From Balanoglossus misakiensis (Eukaryota > Animalia > Hemichordata): DNA of 64,000 nucleotides. The notes beneath the pieces are model-generated. The model was given only the letters and a program-made list of their open reading frames with translations, was not told the origin of the DNA and searched no databases. Positions 52,804 through 64,000 of the stretch are shown here, piece by piece. A program made the translations under genes and the position numbers. How positions within the stretch are numbered: the stretch's first letter is position 1; each line of letters starts with the position of its first letter. The DNA is taken from NCBI GenBank assembly GCA_040954595.2, contig CM082596.2, forward strand, positions 7,642,468 through 7,706,467, written 5' to 3'.

Positions 52804-55800
52804 GGGCCATTTTTAGTTTTTTCTTTAATATATTACTTATATCTTCTCTGATATTTGATGTATTTAATCTAAAATGCCACACTGCAAACATGGGAAATTA
52901 CTGTGAGGTCATGGTGTACATCCTCTTTTCACTTTTCAGATCTCAATAAATGTGGAACTTAAAGTAAAATTTATATTTACATAAGAAATGGAATGGAAGG
53001 GCCAAATTGCCCCATAATTGCAAAAGTTATAGAAAGTGCAATGTATTAAAGTCATTTTCTCATTAAGTATTTTAAATTGCCTGGTCACTGCTATATTAAT
53101 GCATCTATGCCCTTGGGCAGCGAATTTTTAAAAAAAATCCTGAAAAATATAATTTTTTTCTAATCTATCTACCCCATTTGTGGAATGCAATCGCTATCGG
53201 AACCACACATGATGTTTTTGCTAGGTCACCCCAACAGCTTCTGCATTATAACATTCAACGGCCCTTACAGCAAGTGACCTCGCCCGCGGGAACGTACAGC
53301 ATCAAAGATTTCGACAGAAAAGAACGGCTCCATTTGTGACTTTAAGGGGACAATGGGCTTTGGATTCGTGCCCAGTAACTGTCGCCACGGTAACAATCAA
53401 AACATGTTAAACTGTACGTGAAAGCAGCCGTGGCTGAGAGCGCCGGGCTTTTCAAACATTCGCGGAGCAACAGCAAAAATGTTTCGATGTTGTTTTGTAC
53501 AAAAGTTGAGATTGAGATCGTATACAGGTACGAAACATTCCCAGGGAGAGCACTGGCCTCAATAATCCTGCTTGCAGCTGTAATCTTCTCTAATTCCTAG
53601 CAAAAGATCCCCTAGCTCACGGCTACTGCAGACAAACACGCGAAATCGGCACCGAAACACATGCACACAAAATATTCCAACTACATTGTAATTTTAGTCT
53701 TGCTTACGTGACTTAACCAATCTATTATACAGAGCACCAGCAAACCTCCAAGACGACGACAAACGACTTGTTATTTTTGGTGGTTTCTTTGCGAAAACCC
53801 TGCTCCTCCTGAGATATATACTTCATTGACCTGGAATAACGTGTACCGGAAGGTCCGTTTCATATTTGAACCATGTGGACTTGCAAGCTTGCAGGCCCTT
53901 GGTCGAATCTTAACGTTCATAATTCATGCTGTGTTTCGCAGGATTACCCGCGTGTTTACATCACACGCCCGCCGCCGACGCGGACGCCCACACTTGCTGG
54001 GCTTGGAAATGTCAAACATAAAAACCACACGCTTACAATCTCTCTTCAGAAACCGCAGCAGATATCTTGAAGAAAAGGGGATCCTGAGCAAAGACGCAAT
54101 AAAGGGCAATACTTAAGTGACCACATCACTGCATGGATTGACAGTTACCGGTTTGCAGCATCTCCGCTAAAGCTATCTTTCTGGTATCGACCCGCCTCGG
54201 GCGATGAACAGGCTTAGATGTGTCAATGCGCAGGGGCTTCTCCCATCTTGTCTAATCGGATTTAAAAGCCTCAAAATCTTATATTACCGGCAGCTGTCTG
54301 GCATATGTGCATACAAAATGTAATACGCCTGATTTCATTCTTGATTTGGCTTGAGTTTTTTTTTAAGTTTCAGCCCAGTCGCATGCCAATTAACGGAGAA
54401 TTACCGAATATCGCCAAGATATATTGCTTCAAGGAAACTTAATTATGTCTCTCCCCCCAATCATGCTATGCTTATCAAAGAGAAATACCTTCCTGTCGTA
54501 ACCTCACCCGATTTCGTAGCATTAGCTTTAATGTAAGACATGTCTGTCATCTTTGGAAGATGTCAGTTGAAGCGATGCCGAAAGATTATCTTGTAGCGCA
54601 CACGGTACATCAGATATATCTTCTAGTTTATGTAAGATGTCATGCCCCAGACCGTGTATACAGTCACAGCATCTGATAGCATTGGATACATTCAATAGCA
54701 TCAGCAGAGAGATAAGACGTCCTCTCATAAAGTTAAATTCTTACTAGCGCGCTTAAACACAGAAATGAAACACTTTTATGAAATGTTCCCTTGTTCCAGT
54801 TGGTGCCATTTGCTGGAAAGATATCAGGCAAAGAAATCGGCGCATCTGGGCAATTAGCGGGTCTTTCATCTTATAATATCACCCCTAGTACCAATGCGCG
54901 TGGTCTACCATCTACTTTAATGTGGAGCGTTACTTTAAAGGGCCTCAATGGGCATGGTGTACCATCTACTTTAATGTGATGTGTTACTATGAAGGGCCAG
55001 TGTATGTAACTTCTGGCTATTTTTCAGGATTTTTGTGTGTGTCAACTACAGTTTCTTGTGCTCCTAGTATCCCAATATGCCCAGTTTTTGTCTCGCGAAC
55101 AAGTCATGGATAAATGTACCGACCATTGTTATTGTTGACATATGAGTCTGGACTAAACAGTTAAACAGTGATTGGTTTTTAGGCTTATAGGTAAGCGGTT
55201 TAAACAAGTGGAATTAAGTATACCGGTATACCGAGTGTGTGGAACTTCCACTTAACTTACCACCAGTCAGCGAGCACGCAAGTAAATTTATCTTTTTTAC
55301 TGTAACCTGTTGCCTAAGATGTATGCCTCCTGACTAGGAGATATCATTCAACTTTTGTCATTTCCCGGAAACTTTGCGCAAGATTAGATCGATCTAAAGC
55401 CATTATTTGTGTTGCTCGCTCGGGCAATATCACGTCTTCATTTTGTGATCAAGCACTGCAGATATTTGCTGCTACAGAAATAGATGAAGGAATCACGACC
55501 CAGCGATTTCTAAGGATGGGTTCATTTCACGATGTTCGATGCCAGTAATTAGACCAAGATTTGTTGATGTCGTTCATATTAATATTTTAGATATAAAATA
55601 TATTTTTTGTCTGTACACAGAACTTTTTATTGGGAGACAAAACGTAGGTGGCACATGGCAGCCCCTCCCTTTAATGTATTTTGATAAGTCTAGGATTACT
55701 CAACGTACATACTTTAATAAGCAAAATCGTGACAGAAATTGTTATATTTTCGTCGTTATAGCCCTGCATGATTACCTATATAATATGAACTATACAATAT

Positions 55801-58800
55801 TTTAGTAATTTTTTATATCATTACCTTGAATATGATCTTCCGCTAGGCTGAAAAATTATCATTAATTTCATAAATACAAGAATGGTGTGTGGCTCAAACC
55901 TTTACACTGTAATGTACTGAAAAATTACCATTTTTCCTGATTTTACCACTGTTAGAGTGAATTTCAATAGAGCTCCTGTGGCTAACGTTTCAGTATACGT
56001 CAGCTGAATATAAACATAAAAATTCATATTATATTAGAAAAACACGTCTTTGCACAATTTGTAAACGTAACAAAGATACTGACGAAAGACAGATGTTTGA
56101 AAATAAAACAATTTTTATAATTCCTGATCATTAATTTCTTGAAATTTGGCAACAAGGATATTTCTAAATTAAAAACAACTTAAGGAATGATAGAGGATTG
56201 GTGTCATGTATGGAAAATACGTCAGGAGTTGCAGTTGTGGGTTTCCAAGCAACCCTGTCATAATCCAAACTATCAATATTTGCATTTGAAAAACAACAAC
56301 ATTAAAATGCATAAAATTGGAGTAAATGGGTAGATACCGGTATATTGGAGAAGTTCAATGTTTAAATTGACACCACTGCAGGATGTTAACGCTCTTCCGA
56401 CAATCATTTGACACTCGATTATTGAGTCGCTTAGATCTTGAAAGTTGAAGTTCGTAAAGAGTGTGAAATGCGCATAGTTCAGACGCGTCGCATTCCTGGC
56501 CCAAGTTTGATGAAGACTTAGCTTGTAGAGATTCTTACGATGATGACATGAAAGCCATCATGGTCCGTAAGCTATCATAGATTACGCTGTCTTTGAATGA
56601 TAAAAGCAGTGAAATCGCCGCGAATCTATATGATGTACGGCTTCGAGACAAACACTAAATGGGAGGACTGTCTGGGACTGGGACTGGAATTTCTTATCAT
56701 TAAAAAAAACCTAATGCAGAATTCGTGAAATCTAAAGCTGGATTTATTGCAGGAAAGAGCTAGATTAGTATGACGGTAAATGGAATATGTAGGGTAATCT
56801 CGATATTTTTCTTTATTTTTTTACTAATGATAGTTGCTGTCTACACTGTGAGATGAACATAGTGGTTCAATCTCATAGTTTTGAAAGAGAAACATTTCTC
56901 AATGCGAACGCGTGCTTTTCTTTCTAAAATTTTAGTCATTGCTGTAACTTTTTGTACAGGTTAAATTGGGGAGACTGTCGATCGCCAATTCCCAGTCAGA
57001 GTGCATGAGTGTATATGTCCGTTTGTGTCATCAGTCGTTACTCTGCTCGTTCATAGTGTCCAACGTATGCGTGTTAAACCAATGGGAGCACACAAGTCCC
57101 TTTTAGATGGAGTTCGTCGTTAATGGTCTTTGTTAACAGAAAAAAGCCATCACAAGAATGAAGATTGAATATGGTTTAACGAAGCCAGGCTGTTCGAAAT
57201 GCGATCTTAAAGTTTTCAGTATGTCACAAAGAGATTTGCGATTTCATTGCCGTGTTCCATGAATAACAAATACACTTTTCATCCAAATACTCTTTTGTGT
57301 GTCTTTGAAACTCCTTACGGCTGAGAAGAAAGTCATGTTTAAGTTGAGAGAACATTAAAACGAAACAATCGATAATGACCTTATCACCCTAGACCGTTCA
57401 GTGCATAATCTGTAGGTATAAATTATGTACAAGTTACGCGAAAATGATTATAAATAGCTTTCTACATTTCCATGTCTTGAAAGATAGATCGTGGGTGTGG
57501 GTGCTTTTGTCATTTTCCTGTTATCCCAGAGATAGCTTTTACAAAGAAGATCTCTTCCACAAGAGATTTAGCAAAAAAAACGAATGAGGAAAGAAGATAA
57601 GTCTTCACCGAAATAAACTTCAGTTCCAGGAACGCCGATGTCGAGAATTGAACAAAATCAATTAATATATCATCCATAAAACCATTTTATTCCTGAATCA
57701 CATGGAAAGTGTTATTGGCGATGGCGATCTTTCAGTGTAAAAGTAATATTGATGGAAATTAATTATTAGATCCAAGGCCTTCAGAGAATATCGTGCAGTG
57801 ATTTTTAGTTACACACAGCTCACAATAACATAAGATAGTTTGCAACTAACCATCTCTGTTTAACGTAGAGTACAAGACAACTTCTTTAGCTGTCTGCAGC
57901 CATATATAGACTCAGACATTCTGTAAGAAGATTGCATTCTTAAAAGGCATCTTTTGTGATTGTACTCCCCATTATGTTACACCACACTTTATTTTCGAAT
58001 TTGACAGACTTCTCCGTGTCGATGTTGCAACAAGAATGTACTTGAGCAGGATGCTGTTGAAATCTCTTCCGTGCCTGAAGCAGTGCATTTTATGGGTGAA
58101 GATATAAAATAAAAACACACACGATAATCTGAGCTTGAAAACCTTCGCACTCACTTTAATCATTCAGGAACTCGAGCGAGACGCGACGAGAGGCGTGCAT
58201 CATTTCACGGGAGGCTACCCTATGGTTTTTGCGCACGAGAGAAACGTTAGAAAAGAAACGCGCGAAAAGTTTTAATTGCAAGCTCTGTTTCGACAAGTGG
58301 CAAAAGCCTTCCTTTGCGGTCATACAGTTAACTATCGGTGTAAAGTGAAATGATAATGCAACACTCCCTGAGAAGTGCACCTTGCTGAACTTTGTCTTTT
58401 GGGTTGGGTTAGCTCCACAAGAGCGCCGTGGCAAATTGGTTGGGTCGCAGCAGTTCGAGAAACCCGCTAAGTTCTGCCGCGAATTGCACCCGCGCCTACT
58501 ATACCGCCATTCACGCAATTGCCACTACACACTCATCTGCACCATCAAACGTCAAGAGGCAAAGTCATACATACCGTATCATATCTTTCTCTATCACAGT
58601 AAAGTGTAAGAAATCACAGCGTCATTTCCCCGGGTGTTGCGAGATAGGTGTGTCCTCGTGTGCATCTACTGATAGACGGTGCCCGCGATATCGATAGACG
58701 CGCACTCAGCAAGGTGCAATACGTCACTGTATCCATGACAACGTGTACAATGAAATATACATATGTAATTTCTCTTTACTTAATGATATGCCCCGTGATA

Positions 58801-61800
58801 TGCTTTCTTTGCTTTTCTTCTCTCAATCACTCCGATCAAGATGTTGTTGTGTGTTCATGTCATATTAAGTTTTTAAAAAATAAATGTGGGTAAACACTTT
58901 ACGAACCCGTTTCAAGGAAACTTACCTTGAAAGCTTCCACGGAGATAAGGGTCAATTGCTCACGATTTGATATTACCATCAGCATTGTATTGGGCTAATG
59001 CACCCGTTAAAATTACTTTTCCATTTGTGCAATTTTTAAATACATGTCAGCCGGCTCATTTGTAATGTTGGCTTTCTTGGAGATGGATTGCGGGGACAAC
59101 TATCAGTCAGTCCCACTGACAGAAAGATGACACGAAGACAATGGCTGTGTCAACATGAGCGGGCCCATCATATTCATTAATTGCCATGCATTTCATGCGG
59201 AAGACAACGTGAGATTGCTTGACTACAACGGTCCACAATGGCGCGCCCTTGAATGCTTCATATAAACACCAATTATTGCCACTAAGCTTGTCATATATGT
59301 ACGCTTTCGATGACATGCACCAATGGGGTTATTAATCAGTGGGTGCATATTCGTTGACAAACGGACACGCATACAGGTGTTAATGATACGGAAACAATGG
59401 CAAAAGAGAACATGTTTCGAACAATAATTTGGCTATTCAACAATAGTCCATAAATTGCATGCCAAGTTTACGCACAATATAGACTGTGAAATTTTAAAAG
59501 TTAACGTCAAACCGATACTGTGCATTTTAACTTGTAATAGACATAACCTCACAATTGCTTGACAACCTTGTACAGTGTACTTTTCAATGCTTTTCAAGTG
59601 GCATATTGAGAACAATGTGATATATTTAAGCTGAGTTAATAGTCTCGGAGAGAAAGGGGTCAGGTAAGCGCAGTTAGTGCTAGTTTCCATTTTAGAATCA
59701 CTCTTATTTATCAGACCAGCAATTGGAAAAGTTTAGAGTGGTATCTAAACTACAAATTGAATTTGTCTGGTTGTTAGTCGCATGTCTCAGACTGAGGATA
59801 GCCAATATTATGATTAAGCACTTAGAGTCGTATCAGTTGCACTTACATTACATAAAGGAAACACACATCTTTTAACAAACCGAATACTTTAAAATAAGAA
59901 ATCGTCGCAAATATTTAATTCCGAACAAACATTTTTAATTAGCAAAAACTACATATGTAGGGTCAGTTTAATTGTTCATTCAACAGTATTTCACTTTCCT
60001 AGACCTCGCATGTAAGGTCAATCGTAAAAACTTAAGGCTGTATTTGACATCTGGCAGATATCGAAGACTGGTGACATAATTACATGCGCTGTTACAAGTT
60101 ATACCAGATCAGTTATTTTCGCTCGTGTATCTATCAAAGGCATACATTTTTTAAATAATGCTTAATACGTACACAACAGGTAAAGGGGACTGACCGATGT
60201 GAATACCTTTCAGAGAGAAGAAAAAACCTGATTGTAGCTAAGGGCGAAGTACACGAGACAGACTATCATACATTATCGATATCATCTGTCAGTGACACAG
60301 ATTTTAAAGTTATGTGCTTGTCTGCAAGCAAGGCACTGGTGTCTTGAATATTGTATTTTAGAAAACAAATATTAAGTACTTTATGTTGGACTGTGTTTTT
60401 TAAATGTTTAATACGCCTAACGATATTTCGCTAGCGTAGGCTGTGTTAGTTTGCTTTATACGGCCGATGACAACACAAGAAAAAAAAACAATCCTCAAAA
60501 TCCTTGTCATGAATTATAGAGCTTTTCCGTGGTTTAAGATACTTTTTTTTACATAAGTCATTCGAAATAATCTCCTTTCCCTGCGATGCAAATGAATCCT
60601 TACGATTGTGGGCTGATTAATGGCACAACTTGTGATATTGAAAGAAACAACTGAAATACCACTGAGCGTCTGAAATAGCTGTGATGTGATGCTTGCAAAA
60701 AAACCCAAAACATTGTGAATTTGCAGAACCAAGGAAGCACAAATGATATCTCCTCTCAGGTGAATTCGGCATCTCTGTTAAGAAACTATTGCATTTTTTG
60801 CAGGCTATTGAACTAACATCGGTGCTTTTATATGGTGACTTTTTGTATCTTTTTTTACATTTCTTTTTTATGCCACTGTCAGTTTACATATAATGTTAAC
60901 GCTACGATGACCATACCATCAAAAACGAGTTCATGTCTCTCACCAATCTTAGTACACAATTTGCATGATGTTATCCGCAGTGGGAACAACATTTTCATTG
61001 TTTACCGAGAATTTAATTTTTGGTCGAACGTGTGTAATGATTCATTAATAGCTAATTAAACATAGGTGCATTGTTTACTTAAATGATGAAAATTAGTTGT
61101 TGCTCACAACTTAAAAATGCTGTAATGGACTTATCATGTGTTTTTGAACAAACACAGCCAGGTAACACCCTGTACCGGTACATCATGTTTGTTTAATTAG
61201 GTTGTTGACATTTTATGTGTGGGCAGCGCTTGGCGTAGGGGGACATGGTGAAAACGAGGGTTACTGCAGTCCGCTATATTAGCCTGGCATCACCATCTAT
61301 CCTAACCAATCACCATGTTTGATAGTCAATTAAAAGCTTTTATGAAGTCATCTGGGGGCGCTGTCCCAATACGCAAATGCGGAAGTAAAGATCACTTTGG
61401 TGTCGAGACATGGCAGACTCGTAGGCGACGTATTAGATCGAACAATTAAGGCAACGATGGGCTTGTAGGAAAGTGCCAACTCTGGCGAAAAGTCAAGAAG
61501 ATGGATAGCAATTTTGAGAGGACGATTTTCCACGGGGCTTTAACCTGAAAACAATGACTGTACCTCAGGGAATGATAATATGTTCAGTGAGCTTCCTGCC
61601 TGCACACAGAGCGAAAAACGATAAGTGAAAGGTTAAAACACGAGAAGGAAAGAAATGACATCCGGGTATACAGGTATATCCTTCAATCCAGCTATCAGAG
61701 ACAGATTACACCGTTGCAAAGCATGTGTAAACAATTGTCTGTGATATAGCCCTCAGGTTGGATCAACAGATTTAAAAAGCATTCATAATGACTATTTCAT

Positions 61801-61879
61801 TGCTCAGTCGGGATGTCTGAGTATTGTCGCTGAAAAAGTGTTAAACAATTTCATTGAAACTCCTGGTACTCTATTGCAG

Positions 61880-62280
61880 CGTATAACGAACTATATGTCC
61901 TAGTGCCAAAAGTTTTATCACACGGGCACAATCAGTTCAGGCAAGTGGAAGTAATGGCACCAGACATGAACATTTAGTTAAATTATGGCCACAGGACGAC
62001 CATATTGGATCGAATGGTGACAAAAATTGACAGTCGTATGAAAGTCATGGTAGTTACACTGTCCGGCCGTGTGCCAAATTGGAAAGAAAAATCGGCTCAG
62101 ACATGAATAAAGACAGTAGAAGAAACAAAGACTATGGTCTGAGTATACCTCTTACACAAGAAAAATGCCTGTCAGGTAGCCATGTTGGATCATATCGCAA
62201 AACGTACACACAGAGTAGATTGTTCTTGTACCAAGTTTGAATGAAAATGGTTCAGGCATGTCTGAGTAATGGCTCAGGTG
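61880..62280. repeat. Degenerate tandem units of an interspersed repeat (possibly Helentron/HINE-type)
   Basis: Recurrent tgccaaa/taccaagtttgaa...aaatcgg/aaatggttcag.catg and ccat(a/g)ttggatc motifs; a related stretch lies at ~41670-41740. Confidence 0.35.
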
Positions 62281-64000
62281 GATGCCCCATTACGCCCATG
62301 GGCACAAAGATAAAAAAGTGATAATACTAGTAATTTATTGCCTCTTGAATTTGTTGTGTACTCGACTTCCGTAGATAAATATGTTTGTCACATTAGGGGT
62401 GACCTAAAAGTACAGTGTCTCATGCAGCAATAAACGTAATATCCGACTTATTCTCTGTTCATTGCTAATCATCTCTCGTTGGTACCACTGCACAGGCGCA
62501 GGCACAATTTTGTCAGCGAAATGTCTGAGGCAGGGGTTTTATCATTTGACAATAAGCACGGCGTTGTGACTTTGCAATTTCGCTTGGTTCAGCCATGTGT
62601 GTGGTATTATGGTAACGGCGCACACCGTGTCTGCCGTGGGGAAGAGATGAACACTTAGGAAATCCGACTCTGCGAATCAAGCTTTCCTGGAATCGCATAA
62701 TATACTCATACATACGAAAGTACAGCTTAAGCAGTGCTTGCGTCCACCACTCCGGGGGGAATCCATCATTCGTACACAGTTCAGGCAGAATATGAAATGC
62801 GGTCAATAGATGCAATGTTTACCAGCGTTCTGTGACTGATGTCAGTTGTTTTTTGCTTTGGTGGGATCCATGTTTTGTAGTTGATTTATATAGCATGGTC
62901 ACTGTTTATCATTCAGTCGCAAATTTCCTATAAAACACAGACTAATAGATATTATGTCACTTTAAGTTTTGTTACTATGTCTATATTACTAATATTTTGT
63001 TACAATATTACTCATGTATTTTAGTTCCAAAGTATATTGGTCTGCTTTCTGAAACACAGTAAATCATCTGATGTCAGAGATCTTCTTGGCAACACACCCC
63101 TACCCCGTCCCGGAATTTTTATTTAAGGATTTCTTAGACTGGAGAATACCTAAAATGATATTGTCAGAAAATCTTTTGAATAGGCTTATTGGTGTTGGTG
63201 CTTTTTCCTTATTTTTTTATTATAAATTTAATAACATTTTGGCCTCGAAGATGGCCAGTGGCCATTTCCATTTTGCAGTCAACGTTCAGAAATAAACCAA
63301 CAGGAAGTTATTTGATCTTCAGGAGTTATCACAAGTTGACACTTTCTCATTGATCTCAGACAGTACGCGACAGTGGAACATGGGCACAGCGACAGAGACA
63401 CAGGCACCCCTATCGTGATAATTAAATTTGCAATGGCTGCGTAAACCAATCAAACATGAGACGTTCCCGTGTCAAACCTCACAGTCAAGCTGTCTAACCT
63501 AATTTTTGGCGGCTCCACTTTGGTCTACCTGCAACGCATCTCGCGCGCACTTAATGATCGTCACTTCCAACCTGTTTATTTAACAGCCTCGGCAAATTAT
63601 TTGGACTATAATGTTTTACTACATGCTTCATGGCTGATGAAACAGTTGGGGAGGTGATGATAGTTATACCATTAATAAAGGTCCCTCGTCAAAAAGGAAC
63701 TATTGTCCACAGGTAAACTAAACCCTCCCGCGCGGATGGATACGTGTTTGAAAATGTAGTTCCAGGCACAAGTGGACAGTGTTCAGCATTGGACATTTGC
63801 CTCGGAGGTGAACAAATATTACATCAAAATAAAGTTACCGGTTCGATTTTGTAATGTTGGGCTTTGGGTAATTTAGTATGAAATGTCGATGACTTCATTT
63901 CATTCCTGTGTAATTCGATGATTCTACCAGTACTCCCCTGGTAGGGACTGCCAATGGCGTTGGCCATGTATATATATATTGTGATTGACACGCGATATTC

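Larger units (their letters stand above)
49900..54728 (-). pseudogene. Tentative decayed LRR-TM-TIR (Toll-like receptor-like) pseudogene
   Basis: Minus-strand fragments appear in the expected order: signal peptide plus Cys cap (MRGRLISLLMLLNVSNAIRCCDC...DVP); LRR-like scraps (LEAIYLGD, NEIRRI, ALTHLSL, LPGNVSYL..NNIETF, FPHWDLF..L..VRHL, LSNNLVVLI); a hydrophobic stretch (VIIILLAI); a TIR-like ORF (C.Y..PRD...LSKFC..FDL..K.AHE...KYL...YWMP). There are many stops, frameshifts and MITE insertions, and the similarity is weak. Confidence 0.35.

Noticed and set aside
62513-62815. 100-aa minus-strand ORF
   Set aside because: No recognisable domain, splice support or coding-like context.

Overview
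Eukaryotic, AT-rich, intron-containing animal DNA. The six-cysteine orexin precursor points to an ambulacrarian deuterostome, most likely a hemichordate (inference). Six genes could be assembled by hand from GT-AG splice sites with consistent phases: (1) a 2-exon class A GPCR with non-canonical activation motifs (minus, 3407-5024); (2) UBE2G2 (plus, 5 exons, 165 aa); (3) a convergent CNPPD1 (minus, 9 exons, 446 aa); (4) a single-exon Ser-rich orphan ORF (minus, 430 aa); (5) a GAL3ST-family sulfotransferase with substituted active-site residues (plus, 4 exons, 461 aa); (6) an orexin-type neuropeptide precursor (minus, 3 core coding exons, 127 aa) whose post-cleavage C-terminal peptide looks like an EF-hand pair. 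A heavily decayed LRR/TIR (Toll-like receptor-like) pseudogene is tentatively seen at about 49.9-54.7 kb. The rest holds microsatellites and many non-autonomous DNA elements, including a perfect 636-bp palindrome formed from an inverted dimer of a hairpin-capped element. No rRNA, tRNA or CRISPR array is supported. All homology calls come from motif recognition, not database searches.
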